Shown here piece after piece: positions 1 through 38,076 of a stretch of 64,000 nucleotides of DNA. This DNA is from Amoebidium appalachense (lineage: Eukaryota > Protista > Ichthyosporea), in assembly GCA_963693365.1 (NCBI GenBank), contig CAVNZM010000001.1:16921840-16985839 (forward strand). Direction: 5' to 3'. The notes under the pieces are model-generated. The model ran no database searches and was not told the DNA's origin. It saw only the letters and a program-made list of their open reading frames with translations. Each line of letters starts with the position of its first letter. Within the stretch, counting starts at the first letter, position 1. Both the position numbers and the translations under genes were made by a program.

Positions 1-376
1 TGTTTGTCTTGTCTCTCTCTCTGTCTGTGTGTGTGTTTGTATGTGTCTGTGTGTGCGTACATGGTTGTGGAAGGTACGTGTGTGTGGGGGTAATGCTGTC
101 CCTGTGTACGTGTGTGTGTCTGTGTATGTGTGTGGGGGGGTGGGGGGGTGGGGGTGGGGGGGTGGCTTCGGAGGAGGGGATGACTTGCCTTTGTCATGTA
201 TTCGTGTGGTGTTGCCGTGCACATGAATGAAAGTGGTTGTGTTGATGCGTGCCTGCATACACGCGTGTTGCACACACCTGCACCTGTGTGTTTGTATGCG
301 CACGCGCGCGTGTGTAGGCGTGTGTGCATGTGTTTGTGTGTGTGTAATGTGTGTGTAGGTGTGTCAACTTATAGTC

Positions 377-449
<73 letters not shown>

Positions 450-538
450 GTGTGTGTGTGTGTGGGTGGGTGGGTGCACGCAGGTGCGCGGGTGCATGCA
501 TGTGTGCATGTGTGTGTGTGTCTGTGTATGCCTGTCAC

Positions 539-669
539 GTTTATCATTCTGAGGAGGTCCAAGTGTAGGCACGACCTCTGGTGTTTCTGGGGGCATGTGT
601 TCTGAATGCCTTGCGTAGGTCTGCATTTGATTTGTTGGTGTGCTTGCACCCATCCTACGTGCATAGTAC
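539..669 (-). CDS. Possible internal exon of an unidentified minus-strand gene running off the left edge
   Basis: Non-repetitive island with a minus-strand acceptor tttcacag| and donor |gtgaca. Open frame RYYARRMGASTPTNQMQTYARHSEHMPPETPEVVPTLGPPQNDK. The flanks are G/TG-rich on +, which is the skew of minus-strand introns in this window. No recognisable domain. Confidence 0.35.
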
Positions 670-1400
670 CTGTGAAATGACCGAGTGCTTAGCCTCATAG
701 TGTGCTTGTAGGTACATATATTGGCCGTGAAGGAGTGTGTATGTGTGTTTTGGGGGGGGGAGGGGGGAAGGAGGGGGGGGGGGGGGGGGGAGAAGGGGAT
801 GAGGGAGAGAGAGAGCATGTGTGTGTCAGTGTTGACAGTAAGTAAGAGAGACAGGGAGGGAGCAAAACGGAGAGAAAGGAGAGAGATTATGCTTTTGTGT
901 GTCCGCGTGTGAGTGTGCTTGTATGTTTGTGCCTGGGCGCGCATGCATGTGTACACGTGTGTGAAACCGTGCTGATGTGTGTGGGGGGGCTCGTGCGCGT
1001 ATGTGTGTGTCTGGCTGCGCCTGTGTGTGTCTGTTATGGTGGTCACGGGGGTAGGCGTAGGAAGGGAGGCGAAGAAGGGGACGCAGGGTAGGAGATGTTA
1101 AGTGTCTTCGACCCGAGGTGATAGTGCCCGGGTTCAACGGTCTTTGGTTCTAGAATGAAGAAGAAGAAGTGGGCAGGATGTGACTTTTTGGAGATTGGGA
1201 GGAGGGAGAGGGGGGAGGGGAGGGAGGAAATGCTGGAGGAGCGGTTGTGTCTGAGAGAAGGTTATGTTGAACTGATTTGTAACTGTAAGTGGAACCACAA
1301 ATACTTGCGGGGTGGGGGAAGAGGGGAAGGGGGGGGTGAGGGTTATAAGTGAGTCGGGAGGGAAGGGGATGACTTATTGGTCACAGTCTGCCCTGTGGAG

Positions 1401-1471
<71 letters not shown>

Positions 1472-1593
1472 CTGTTAATTCACATATACATGCTGACGAA
1501 CACACGCAATACACACACATACAGCGCACGAATGTCGCGCACACACACCATCCACATGCACAAACACATACAAGCACACACACACATTCCCAT

Positions 1594-1631
<38 letters not shown>

Positions 1632-1899
1632 TTTTTTTTTTTTTTTTTTTTTTGCACTGACTTGCGCACACGTACTCATTCGCTCTCTCGACGCACTATT
1701 GGGCAAAACCACTGTACGAGCCTCACCACAAGTTATTTCACAGTCACGAGGACACTAACACATCGGTTCCCCTGTCCCTTCCCCCCCCCCTCAAGGCCTA
1801 GCCCTCGCCCCACCCTCCCCCTTCCCCTCCTTTCCCCTCCTCTCGCCTCACCCCCTCACCCCTCCCCTCCCTCTCCTCCCGCCCTCCTCCCCTCCCTCT

Positions 1900-1930
<31 letters not shown>

Positions 1931-2040
1931 ACACACACACCCTTCCCCACCCTTCTCCCTTTCACCCTTTCAAGAAACCCCCAAGTGCCATCAAAGCCAA
2001 TGCGCTCGAGAAAGGAGAACGTCGTCTCCTTCCCGAAAAC

Positions 2041-7052
<5,012 letters not shown>

Positions 7053-7864
7053 TATGGTGACGTACCCGGCCTCGGTGTTTCATCGCCCGTACCTGCGCTT
7101 GCCATGGGTTGAAATGGTTACGGTAGGCTGGTTACGGTGGGGTTTTCAGATAGGGCACTTGGTCTTGCTAACGAGTATTTTTTTCCTCTTTTCCTTCCCC
7201 CCACGTTATATTCGAGTTAGCCAATACCTTTTCATCGTTAAGGAAATATTTGCAAAACTGAATGCCGCGAAAGGACTTGGTGTCCCAATGTTGATTGAGA
7301 TGCTAGCTGCAGCAGCAGTTGTACCTTTGTACAGACAAGTTATTTGCTAACGGAACAGGACGCGTTATGTTGATGGTCATCACACATTTGTAGCACAGTA
7401 TCGCCTGTGTGTGCGTCACGTGCATTGTTCAGCATCCACACATAGAATGCGTTAATAGTGGGCTCACTATCAGTGTCTGCTTGGGTTTCTGAATACCAGC
7501 ACGTCAACCCCATGATCGATGTCACGTACTCGGATCAGATGCACCGCTGAGCAAATGATAGCCAGTGCTCAAACTTACACACGTCTTGAAGTTCGAGCTG
7601 TAGTTTTGCATGGACACTTGTGTCGCAACATTTTTTTGGTTTAACCTTTAAGTTTTTCCCATGAATAACGTGATTTGATACGGTTATTACTAGTACCCGT
7701 CACGTGCACGAATGCCGGTGATAGGCAGCATTCAGTTTTCACCAACAAACTATTCATAGTATAATAAATTTGATGATTTTCCGCCTGAAATGCTCAGTGT
7801 ACGTATGTTGATGTATGCGGCGATGTGCCTGTAAATGTTTCAGTGTTGATTACAGTGTATATCT

Positions 7865-9454
7865 TTTTTTCTTTTGACTGGATTTATTCAACGGAAAGAT
7901 ATGCAAGTATGCACGGCATACGGAGAAGACAATAAAAACTTCACGAGTTATCCAGTAACAAGTGCATACTGAGATACCTGAACACTGTGTGAAAATCATA
8001 TAAATACTCAATGTGACGACCAACAGAAATCAACAAAAAGTCTAAAGTGTTCACATTGCCAGCTAGTGTAGCAGATACCCGGAGGGAAAGAGGTAAAACA
8101 CGACATAAAAATTCACACCTATCAACATGCTTGCGATTAAAAAGGTCAGCACAAAAGTGGCACCAGCGGCGATGAAAACAAGAATTACAGCGCCACTGCA
8201 CAACTTCCCAGGCAATATCAACATCAGAGCACCATACAGACTTATCTACTAGGGTGGTATCCATACGTACAGCAGGAGAAATGTATCCTGCCAAAGCTCC
8301 CAAAAAGCGATAATGATCAGTACGGTGTTGCCTAAGGAACATAACACATGCCGACTGAGTTTTACCTTTGATTTCTCTATCAGAACGAGAAAGAAACTTA
8401 TACTGCGTATGGTAATAACGCGAAAAGGCAGAAAAAACAGGAAGAGAAAAGAAAGAGGGAGTGAGATAGCGAGAGGAAGAGTCAGGTGGAAAGAGGGTAG
8501 GCTGAGGACCTTCAGAAGTAGCGTTGGTGAATCGGGGGGAAGAGGGATGGAGGGAGGGGGGGGAAAGAAAGCATAAAGAGGGTGACCATCAGGTAGCCTA
8601 ACTAAATGAAAACAAAAACAAAGAGACAATTCCTCCATACGACAAACAGCTGACGACAATCCAACCATACTGATCAAAGGAGGCACAAACCGAGTACGAA
8701 ATAAAGTGCGTAGCGCAGTACCCTGAAAATTGTCGAACTCGTTCAGCGCCATTGCCGCCTCGCGAGGTGGGGCGCAGGCCAATAGCGGAAGTCCATATTC
8801 GAAAGTCGGCCGTAAAAAAGTTTTATAGTAGAGAAGAAGGTTCGCAGGATGGATCACAGACTCCTGTTGAAACATATTTGACACGATGTGAAGCTTACCC
8901 TTCGCACGAGCGATCCGTGCCGTGAGGAGCTTGCGGAAATCAATACCCCGTGCAGTAAAAGGAATACCCAAATAGTCATAGGTGCTCTGAACAGGAATAG
9001 GAAGGCCGGCCAATCGAAAGGAAGTGTTCTTCGAAAAAGTAGCACACTTTGCAATTCCGACTGTCATGAGATGCTCGGTGCACCATTGATCCACCTGACG
9101 AAGCATCTGGTGCATGACATCTTCGGTTAAGGAACAAAGAACAATATCGTCCGCAAAAAGGAGACCCGGTACACGGCGGGTATGCAGTTGGCCAAAGGGT
9201 TCAAGGGCGCAGGCTAAATCGTCAATGAAAACGTCAAACAACAACGGACTCAGGAGGGACCCCTGCAGAAGACCCCGGGAACGGGAAAAACCGGGTGTTA
9301 ATGTTCCATTGACCGCCGCTCATCCGCGAGTGGTATCGAACAACGCTTGCAGAAGACGGCCAAAGGGGGCTGCTAAGCCCCGCATAGCCAGCTTATGCCA
9401 TAACAAACCAGTGGGTACGGTGTCGTAGGCGTTCTTAAGGTCGATGAAGACAAC
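7865..9454 (-). mobile_element. 5'-truncated non-LTR retrotransposon (LINE) with RT and C-terminal Cys/His region
   Basis: RT motifs FIDLKNAYD, GLLQGSLLSPLLFDVFIDDL, LFADD, YDYLG. One in-frame TGA near 9320 and a frameshift near 8300. AATAAA followed by an A-tail at 7865-7885 on the minus strand. 10-bp TSD gtgtatatct at 7855-7864 and 9455-9464. Confidence 0.93.
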
Positions 9455-9796
9455 GTGTATATCTGTATTTCGCGGCACTGTGAATGACCCCTCCAATCAA
9501 GGTGGTCATCTATATGTATATTTATCTAGTAATAAAGAAATGCATATTCCTACTTTTGTATTCCTACTTTTTTTACTTGTTTTTGTTTTCAAACAGTGCA
9601 CATGATCATGCATGCCCTGCTCTAACTTCGTTCGATTTTCAACCGGGGATGTGCCACGGCTTGTATCTCGACCTGCAGGCTGCAGCTGCACTTTATTTGC
9701 GACACTATACTATGTAGAACTTTTCACACTGCATGTATCGTTGTATGAAAACGTACAGGACCTGCTGTTTTGGTGTTCATGCTTTGATTCCAGTCA

Positions 9797-9832
9797 GGTC
9801 ACGTGACTCACGGTGGTTGAAGTGCACGTGCA
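9797..9832. promoter_or_regulatory. Paired E-boxes (GGTCACGTGAC and GCACGTGC) upstream of the GPCR-PIPK gene
   Basis: Palindromic GTCACGTGAC at 9798-9807 and a second CACGTG near 9825, about 0.5 kb before the gccaccATG at 10341. CCAAT/ATTGG boxes are nearby. Confidence 0.35.
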
Positions 9833-10340
9833 CCTCGTGACCTGACATGATTGGTGCACCTAATTCACAAAATTAACACTTATTGGCTTAACGCGCACCG
9901 CATTCCATAACCTCCTGGAAATCGCCGGAAACTTGGGCCTGGGCCTAGGGAGCCAGGTGACTGAAAAGTATAGACTTGGTTTGTTACCCACGTGTTTCGA
10001 ATAAGAGTTCTAATGTAGTTGTACAAAAGCTTGATAATATTATTAAAAAAATGTTCTAATATAAAGCAGAAATATATATATATATTGATTAGCGAAGTGG
10101 ATAAGCACTGTGCTCCTTCAGAGTGCTGCTCGCAGGCTCCGGTGAGCCGCCTTAGGCTATCTTTTATCTGCGGCGATTCATAGCCGTGATCTCTTTGCCC
10201 AATCATATGCCTCACTGAAGTTCACTTAAACATCCCTCAATCAAAGCATGAAGAGGCCGGTAGCAGACTGGTTCAGAGCCATGTGCACAGACCATCACAG
10301 TTGCTGTTTGGTGTAGCCGTGCAGTCCAGCCAGAGCCACC

Positions 10341-30055
<19,715 letters not shown>

Positions 30056-30261
30056 CCCGCCACACGATATGTGAAGTTAAACCGATCACACTATCAAGTA
30101 GAACACGCGGGGTCGCCGCACAGGTGCCTCCAGAGTGAGCGTTCTTGCCGGCCGAAAAACATATCATGGTATGTGTGCCCTTCACACATCGTCTGTAGCG
30201 TAAACGATTGTTACAGTACTTCATAAATGTATCCACAATGATGGCAACTATCTGTACTGCT

Positions 30262-30447
30262 AATGCATGCATGCATGCATGCATGTATGTATGTATGTAT
30301 GTATGTATGTATGTATGTATGTATGCATGTATGTATGTATCATATGTATGTATGTATGCATGCATATATGTATGCATGCATATATGTATGTATGTATGTA
30401 TATATGTATGTATGTGTGTGTGTGTGTGTATGTATTGTATGTATGTA

Positions 30448-30486
<39 letters not shown>

Positions 30487-30498
30487 ATGCATGTATGT
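30262..30498. repeat. (ATGT)n/(ATGC)n tetranucleotide microsatellite
   Basis: Direct inspection. Confidence 0.9.
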
Positions 30499-30674
30499 AA
30501 GAGGGTAGATATCTGCAGCTGGCTCCTTACTTGGGAGGAGAGTGATCATGATCTGTGGAGCTTTGGGGGGGAGGGAGGGAGGGCGGGGAGGTGGGGGGAG
30601 GGGGGAGGAGGGGGGGGGGGGGGGGGGGGGGGACGTATGGTGGGCAAGATCGATATTATCATTGGGGAACCCCT

Positions 30675-30706
<32 letters not shown>

Positions 30707-31441
30707 AGGCTCCCCCCCGCGCATGACTTGACTACAAATGATGTGTATATGGCACTTTACCATTGGCCCATTTATAAATGATGTGTATATGGCACTTCAT
30801 TTATAACATGATGTATATGGATAGATGGATATATGGATATATGGATATTTTTATGATTTGTGACACCTGAGGTGTTCTGATATATCGGCCAGACGCCGAG
30901 GGATCAGCCAAAATTGCATCTATCCCGCAATCAGCTGGACATGTGATACTAGAAGATGTACCACCAAATAAATGGCACGGTCCAAAATTTTGAACAGTAA
31001 ATCTAGACAGCCATCACATGATGCCATGCGATTTCCGTAGACTCCTTTTCTAAAAGACCGACCTTGAGCCCCCCCCCCCCCCTTCTCCGCAACCAACCAA
31101 CCAACCATTTGACCAACCAACCAACCAATTATCATGAACCATGTCGAACATATGCTGCTATGCACACACGCACACACGAACACACAGTTACACCCTTTTC
31201 AGCCTATCCCTTACCGCATCGGAATATGCCTGAGACTTGTATCGCCATGCCCAGCACACAACACCGAAACAAATTCACGACATACAGCAAGCACCCAAAC
31301 ACGAAGCTTTTGTCCGATTGTCGCATTCTTGTTTTGATTGGCTTGCAAAATATCCACCAGGTCTGTGCATGTGACAAGATGAAACTACCGAGTCATACAT
31401 GTACATGTACACGCACGGCACGCATGCACGCGCGCGCACGT

Positions 31442-31475
<34 letters not shown>

Positions 31476-31493
31476 CACACACATACCACAGCA

Positions 31494-31590
<97 letters not shown>

Positions 31591-32046
31591 GGCACAAATA
31601 CACCCACATATGCACAGGCGGCCACACATATATGTGCACCAGATCTAGGGCATTCGGATCCGGTGTCCTCCCGGAAAGGCTTCCCCCCCCCCCCCCCCCC
31701 CCCTCCCCCCCCCCTTCCGTCGTGGCATGGCACTCACCCCCTCCCCTGAGACTGGTCTCTGTACCTCATAACTCCTAATTACAGTTACTCTGATAAAAGG
31801 CATGCAAGGTTTGATTGCATGTGTTAGTGCAGACTTCTATTTAAGGCTCAGTTACCGTGTACGGTATGTATGTATTCATGAACTGATTCGGTGGAGATCC
31901 CTGGCATGTCAATGGCCATTCGTGTCATGGCATCAAAAGCTCAGCTATATTCAATGTCCTATATGGTGACAAAATACGCACCGTGCCTTGCATGGCGAAG
32001 ACTGACAGATACTGGAGTATTTCTCCATGGTGAGATAGTTAAATGT

Positions 32047-32870
32047 GCGGCATCCCTTGGCGGCTCCTTTGCTGAGTGTCTTTGGTCTTCCGCCGGCGAG
32101 TCAGCGTATGAATGAATTAGGTCTTCGCTTTTGTTTTCATTTAGCTAGGCTTCCTTCTTCTCATCCTTTGTTGCAATTCTTTCCTTCTTTAGAATCTGTT
32201 CCCATTTCTAATATCCGTGCAAGATGTCCCATCCCCATTTTATCTCCTATTCAGAGATATCCTTTTAATTATTTATCTCCTTCATTTTTCTCTTCAACTA
32301 TCTATCAGCAGTATGTTACTTGGTTTCATACTCACTGACAGTATCATTTGCTTCATCGTTGTGATAAAGAGTATCACGGTAGGAATCTTGAGCCTGTGCT
32401 TATTTTTATCTTAGAGACTCGTTTATTTTCCTTGCAATCATTGTGTAAATTGGCTACTGGTATTTCTCCTTCCTCTCGTAAACCTACTACTCTTACTGAT
32501 TTTGCAATTCTTACCCTTTCTTGTGATATTGCTTGGAAAAGTTTATGTTGGCGTTGTAACCTTTCTTTCCACAAACGTTTGTGCCATTTTTGATAGATGT
32601 ATTTATCTATCTCAGATAAATTATTCCGTCGGAAGTTCGACGGCTGGCTTATTTAGATAATCCTGATATTACGTCTATTGATTATCTATTAAGGCCTTAA
32701 ATCACCGTATGTTTAACAAGTTTTCTAGGGTGTATGATTATTTAATTTATCATCTCCTCCATGTCCGGGAGTAAGGATTTCTGTGTTTCTCCTCCGCTGA
32801 GATATCTGTGATATCTCCATGGCCTCTACTTTGACGAGCACATCAATAAAGTCATAATAAAAAAAAAAAA
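32047..32870 (+). mobile_element. 3' fragment of a related LINE family
   Basis: MNELGLRFCFHLARLPSSHPL matches MEELSLCFCFHLVRLPDGHPL of the 7865 copy. CDIAWKSLCWRCNLSFHKRLCHF matches that copy's C-terminus. AATAAA plus poly-A at ~32845-32871. Possible TSD aaatgt at 32041 and 32869. Confidence 0.8.
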
Positions 32871-32916
32871 ATGTACATATACCGTGGCACACCCAGCCTC
32901 ATGAGGGAGAGTTTAA

Positions 32917-33205
32917 AGGGGGTTTCTTTTAGGTTTTCGGGCCGGGCCGGGTCAGAGGGAATTCTAGCTATATGATTGGCGTGCTGCGCATCAACTGCGC
33001 ACCATCGTTTTGCCCGCAGCAAGGTTCAGATGCGCCATAATACAACAAAAAAGGAAAAGAAAAGAGAAAAAAAAACAAAGAAGGGAATAATAATAAAGCG
33101 TTATAAAGAAAATTGCAGTTCGTATCGTGATTTTTATGCTGAACAAATGGCTTGACCCGGATGTGCTGGAATGGGGACAATTAATAGGCCTAAAAGAAAC
33201 CCCCT
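32917..33205. mobile_element. 289-bp MITE, Kolobok-like (TTAA target, AGG termini)
   Basis: Perfect 17-bp TIR agggggtttcttttagg / cctaaaagaaaccccct, flanked by ttaa (32913-32916) and ttca (33206-33209). Confidence 0.7.
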
Positions 33206-33283
33206 TTCATATATTGATATATTGTTTGTCACGAAGTGGTCATTATGTGATATGTCCTCAACTATCACGTACTGAGTCTGCAT

Positions 33284-33356
33284 TCCTCCGTGGCGCAATC
33301 GGCAGCGCGTTCGGCTGTTAACCGAAAGGTCCCTGGTTCGACCCCAGGCGGGGGAG
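33284..33356 (+). tRNA. trnN-GUU: tRNA-Asn (GUU)
   Basis: Full cloverleaf: acceptor TCCTCCG/CGGGGGA, D-arm GCGC/GCGC, anticodon arm TTCGG-CTGTTAA-CCGAA, T-arm CCTGG-TTCGACC-CCAGG, discriminator G. T5 Pol III terminator at 33362. Confidence 0.97.
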
Positions 33357-33399
33357 CATCCTTTTTATTTTTCTTACCTTTTTCCCCTTCAAGTTTTAT

Positions 33400-33902
33400 T
33401 ACATGTATGGCCTAAAACGGCCACCCTTTCGCACCACGTACGGGCGGTGACTAGAGAACTATAGAAGTATACTATACGGCAAAAAAAATAAAAATCACTA
33501 TAAATAAGAAAAATACTATATCTTTTATTTCTACTAAGCATGTACATATGTAGAATTGCATAGAAGTATGTTGTATTGCTTGCGACGCCGATGATGAATT
33601 CTGGTGGTAAATTTTTGATCTGTGGTAAATCCGCCACCCCGGGCGCCGAATCGGTCAGATTCGGCCAAATTGGCAGTCCAGATTCCTCAGTCTTTACTAA
33701 AGTTTACAAAACGTCCTTGTAGGCGGTGTCGCTCTCATAGGTTTCGCAGCGCAAGCGCTTTCTTAGTATCGCTGGAAAGGTAAGGAAAAATGCTTTCTAG
33801 AGGTACCCTGCACTTTAGGCTAGCGCGATTCTTGCGATGCTTAGCAATTGAAATCCAAAAGGTGGCCGAATTAACACGGTGGCCGATTTAGGCAATTTAC
33901 TA
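33400..33902. mobile_element. ~500-bp TIR element (Tc1/mariner/pogo-like MITE)
   Basis: gcctaaaacggccacc (33410-33425) is inverted to ggtggccgatttaggc (33878-33893). An internal ggtggccga repeat lies at the right end, and the ends are TA-rich. Confidence 0.55.
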
Positions 33903-34115
33903 TATATCTTGGTGAATGGAAGTACTGTTGGCCTTGGTGCCGCCAACTCATCACAGCTCACCTACCCCCTCCCCCCCCTCCCCCCCCCCCCCCCCCACCA
34001 CACACCACACACAAAGGGTATGTAATCAATGTTTTTACACTTCACGCCAGTTTCAGAAAAAAAGTGTACCACAAGCAGTAATTGCTGACACGCACAGAGA
34101 AATAAGACTCAGAGA

Positions 34116-34445
34116 AAGGAAATGCATTAACGAGCATTTCTAACAGCACCGACCCTAGGGCCTAGGGCATATCCTTCATAGGCGCCGTTGAGCACATGTG
34201 ACCAGGTTCGAAGTTACAATGGGCGCTCCGCTGACTCAACCGTTGAAGCACAGAGAATCTGTATCAAACTTGTGCACTGTAAGGAAATGCATTAACGAGC
34301 ATTTCTAACAGCACCGACCCTAGGGCCTCGGGCATATCCTTCATAGGCGCCGTTGAGCACATGTGACCAGGTTCGAAGTTACAGTGGGCGCTCCGCTGAC
34401 TCAACCGTTGAAGCACAGAGAATCTGTATCAAACTTGTGCACTGT
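34116..34445. repeat. 165-bp tandem duplication, 2 copies
   Basis: aaggaaatgcattaacgag... starts at 34116 and 34281. I see only two substitutions between the copies. Confidence 0.95.
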
Positions 34446-34912
34446 ATTGACTTCATTCAACTTTGTGTGCACAACTGTTAGCACCTCATAAACACGGCAC
34501 TAACTTCCGATCCATTGACTTGGGCAACAAGACACCCACTCGAAAAGCCCCTGTACATGTTGAAAACGTTTCACTTGTTCCCGAGCTGTAATAGCGCGGC
34601 TTGTGATATTAGTTGTTGTTCGCAAGAATTTGGCAGTGCCATTTCATTCAGCGTCACCTATGTATAAAAGTCAACCCTCCCCTCCCAATCCCCAAGCAGC
34701 ACCTATGTTATGAAAATAGACTGTAAGTACGATTTGTAGGCTCGTGTTAGTGGGGCAACACAATACAAGTACGTTGGGAACCATTTCTTTTGGGTGCCGC
34801 TGCTAAGCCCTCCCAATCTAACCTACCACATCCAAACTAAAAAATAGCACGGTGACTCATACATTCCTAGTATACCACCTCCTGACCCAACACATCATCC
34901 AAATCTAAAGGT

Positions 34913-36755
34913 TTAATCCAGGCCAGGCGACTTGATATCATAATCTACCTTCATATGTTCCCGGTATCTCTCCTGGCCCCTTGCCTGCAGTGAAGGCGCA
35001 ACAGCCCGTCCGGACTCTACCACTATGCACGTGGGCCCGGAATCATGTCGTGGAGCCTGGTAGAAGTTTCTGGGTGACGACCGAAAGCTCGACGCCTCAC
35101 TGTGTGTTGTGGTCGACATAGCCTCGTGGCTTCCATCCGACTGGTGCCCGCACTCCGGCTCGGCCCGACCCGAATTGCGCGACTGGTTGGACGTGTTCGA
35201 TGTCCCACTGGCCCTTCTCTTGCCTGGTGGCAGGGATGTGTCGTCGTCTGCCCGCCTGCGCACAACACCCGTATTGCGTGCAGTGTTTTGCAGACCGAGG
35301 GACACACAGGGCTTGAGGGTGTCCTGGAAGTAGCGCTTGAACCAGGCTTGGGCCGTACCGCTGGAGATGGTCTCCCGGGGGTGCTCCAGGGTGCTCAGAC
35401 GCTGCTGGTTGAGGTTGAACTGCGTGCGCAGAGAGTCCACATTGTCACCCTGAAGGGTAGGGCTGGGTCAGCATGGTGCAGAGCATAAGACTTGCACAAG
35501 GAACAAGAACGAGGTGTTCCAAAAAAAAAACAAAAAAAAAACCGTCTATACTTCAGGGTGGCCAGAAGGGCACTACAAGTCAGCAAAGGAAAGAGTTCTT
35601 TTGGTTGCGATCCCCTCCCCCCCCCTTCCTTTTTTCCTTTCCTTTTCTTTTCTTTTGGGGGGGAGGGGGATACACACCTGTATGCGCCTCATGGATGCAT
35701 CCAGGCGATACACGGGGGCATTTTCGGGGCCATAGTGGTCCACGACTCTGTGCTGCTTGACAAAGGCAAGAAACTCCGTGAGGGTCTCGGGCTTTTTGCT
35801 GTTGTTGCTTCGTCTGCCACACAGGCCATGTGTCTTGGCATCACTCTTCTCCAGGGCGCGGAACTTCATCTTTTGCAGCTTGAGCAGGCGGCCCTTTGTG
35901 ATGTTGAACAGGCGCAGCACACACTTGGTGTGGTAGAGCATCTCGCTGTCGTCTTCGCTAAACAGCACCTGCGGGTATCACGGTGTAAACATATACACAA
36001 AACTAGACCAAACCATGTATACCAAAGTGTACGTGTGTGCGTGTTCCCATTAATTCTCCCTCCCTCTACCTCCCTCCCTCTCTCCACACCTTAAACGTAC
36101 GTGCCCGCATATATGCCCACACACAGAAAGCCCAAGGGTTTTCTCTCCCTCCCTCCCTCCACCCACCCTCCCTCTCTTCTCTTCTTCCCTTCCCTTCTTA
36201 AGTTTTTTTTTCCCTTTTTTTTTTTTTTTTTGTTGGGGGGGGGGGGGGGGGGGGGGGTTGACGTGGACCGACCTTCAGCAAAAACTCGTTCTGGGCACTC
36301 TGCATGGTGCTGCCACCCATGTTCTCAAAGGCTTGGAAGGTGTGCACGTGGCGGCCCAGCTGGTCGGCACAGTGCTGCTTGCACTGCAGGTCACCCCCCT
36401 CGTCCCCCTTGTCCTTCAGCGATGCAACAGCCGTCTCCTCACTGGCCTGCCGCTGTGGAACGTGGCTGGCTGGAAGCAGGAACGGGTTGGAGGAGCTGTA
36501 CAGGCTACTGTGGATGGAGATAGGTTTAATCAGATCATAAAGTAAAGGTGTGTAGAAGTGGCTCACACAAAGAATTGGAGATCTATTGTTTAATTCTTCG
36601 GAAACATGCATTTTTCCTTCCTTGTTCTTGTCATTCTTTCCCTTTTTTTCCCCCCAGATAATCAACGCTTTTCCCGAGCATTTAAAAAACAGCTCTTCGG
36701 AGATCGTAGGTATTTTCTGTGTTCTTTTTCTCTCTTCCTTCAAAGCCCCTCCCCT

Positions 36756-36793
<38 letters not shown>

Positions 36794-37447
36794 TACGGAA
36801 TAACAACGACGAAGAGAACCACGGCGAAAAAGTGCTATAACCAACAGCAAAACGTACGTATGACTAGGGCCTCACCTGTAGTCTATGTGCTCCGTCTTGA
36901 CCCTGTGGCTGTCCCTTTCACCACCAGTCTCAGCAAACGACTGCGCCATTGGCCATTCACGCTGCTCAACAGCAGCCCCGGGGACAGACTGTCCCCGTGT
37001 GCGCCCAAAAGAGTACCCCGGAGTCCAGGGGTTAGAGGCGTACCTATCTCTGCCGTAGTCTCTGGATGAATGTTCAGCTAGTGAGCTCTCAATCCTCACC
37101 AAGCGAGCACGAACCGATGACGTGTCATAGTCATCCTGCTCGTATTTCGGGCGTGCGTATTCATAGGACGTCACACTTTGAGAGCGGTAAGGTGCAACAC
37201 GTGTGACCTCATAATCGTTAGCTGAAGTCGGCGTGATGTCATAAGTTGCTGTGTGTGCACGAGGGGAATGTTCCTGTGATGAGGGATACCCCTGTGCAAA
37301 TCGTTCTTCATAGTATGCATGTTCCGACCTATCTTCCCATGGCCTATAGGCACGTGAACCACTCAGGGTGGTGCCCAGAGACAGGGTGTCACGTGGAAAC
37401 TCAGTCCGTCGTGTCTGCGTCTGGTAGTCCCGTCCCCAGTCTGCCAT
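34913..37447 (-). CDS. Uncharacterised protein, ~544 aa, with low-complexity termini and a central Cys/His basic domain (possibly transposase-derived)
   Basis: Phase-consistent GT-AG exons 37447-36876, 36507-36273, 35968-35678, 35449-34913. Central segment: CKQHC..HTKCVLRLFNITKGRLLKL..HGLCGRRSNN..ISSGTAQAWFKRYF. Confidence 0.75.
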
Positions 37448-38035
37448 TTTTTCCTATTTTCTACTGACTACACTAAAAAACGACTTTGGTTCTTTCACTC
37501 AGTTTCCAACCAGCAAGATAAACGATGGGTGAGGTCAGAAAACTACAAAAACTTCGTTGGCGCTGCTTGCACCTGTCAAGAAAAAAGCATGACTTGCCAC
37601 AAGACAGGGTAAGAACATTTCACAGTAGAACTGTCAACGAAAACCCATGCTTTGCACAACTCGTGTGTCCCGAACTACCACAAAGCACGTTGTAGCAAGA
37701 CTCTAATTGGTGAACATTACATTACACTCTGTGCTTGTGAACCTTTTTGCTCAAAAAAGTAGAACGCTAAATCTCAGAACTTTCCGCGGCCTTTGAAACA
37801 AGTTAGAACTCTTGTAAACTTTCAAACGTTAGAAGCAAAGCAAAAGAGGTGCCCTTTCAACTTAGTACGCTGAACCGAAAACTGGAACTTTCACGGAAGC
37901 GCGTGGAATGGCCAAACGGGGGGGTGTTATTGGAACGGTGCCCGCATTTTTTAGAGCACCCTGGCCGCGTCATGCGCTGCGCAAATCTCCCTAGGGCAAA
38001 CTGGAAGAAGGGGGTCTTTGTTATGTTTGCATTTC

Positions 38036-38076
38036 TTTTTTCTTTCTTTTGACTGGATTTATTCGACGGAAAGATA
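38036..38076 (-). mobile_element. ~41-bp extreme 3' end of the 7865 LINE family
   Basis: ttttgactggatttattcgacggaaagata matches the 7865 copy end with one mismatch. TSD tgcatttc at 38028-38035 and 38077-38084. Confidence 0.8.
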
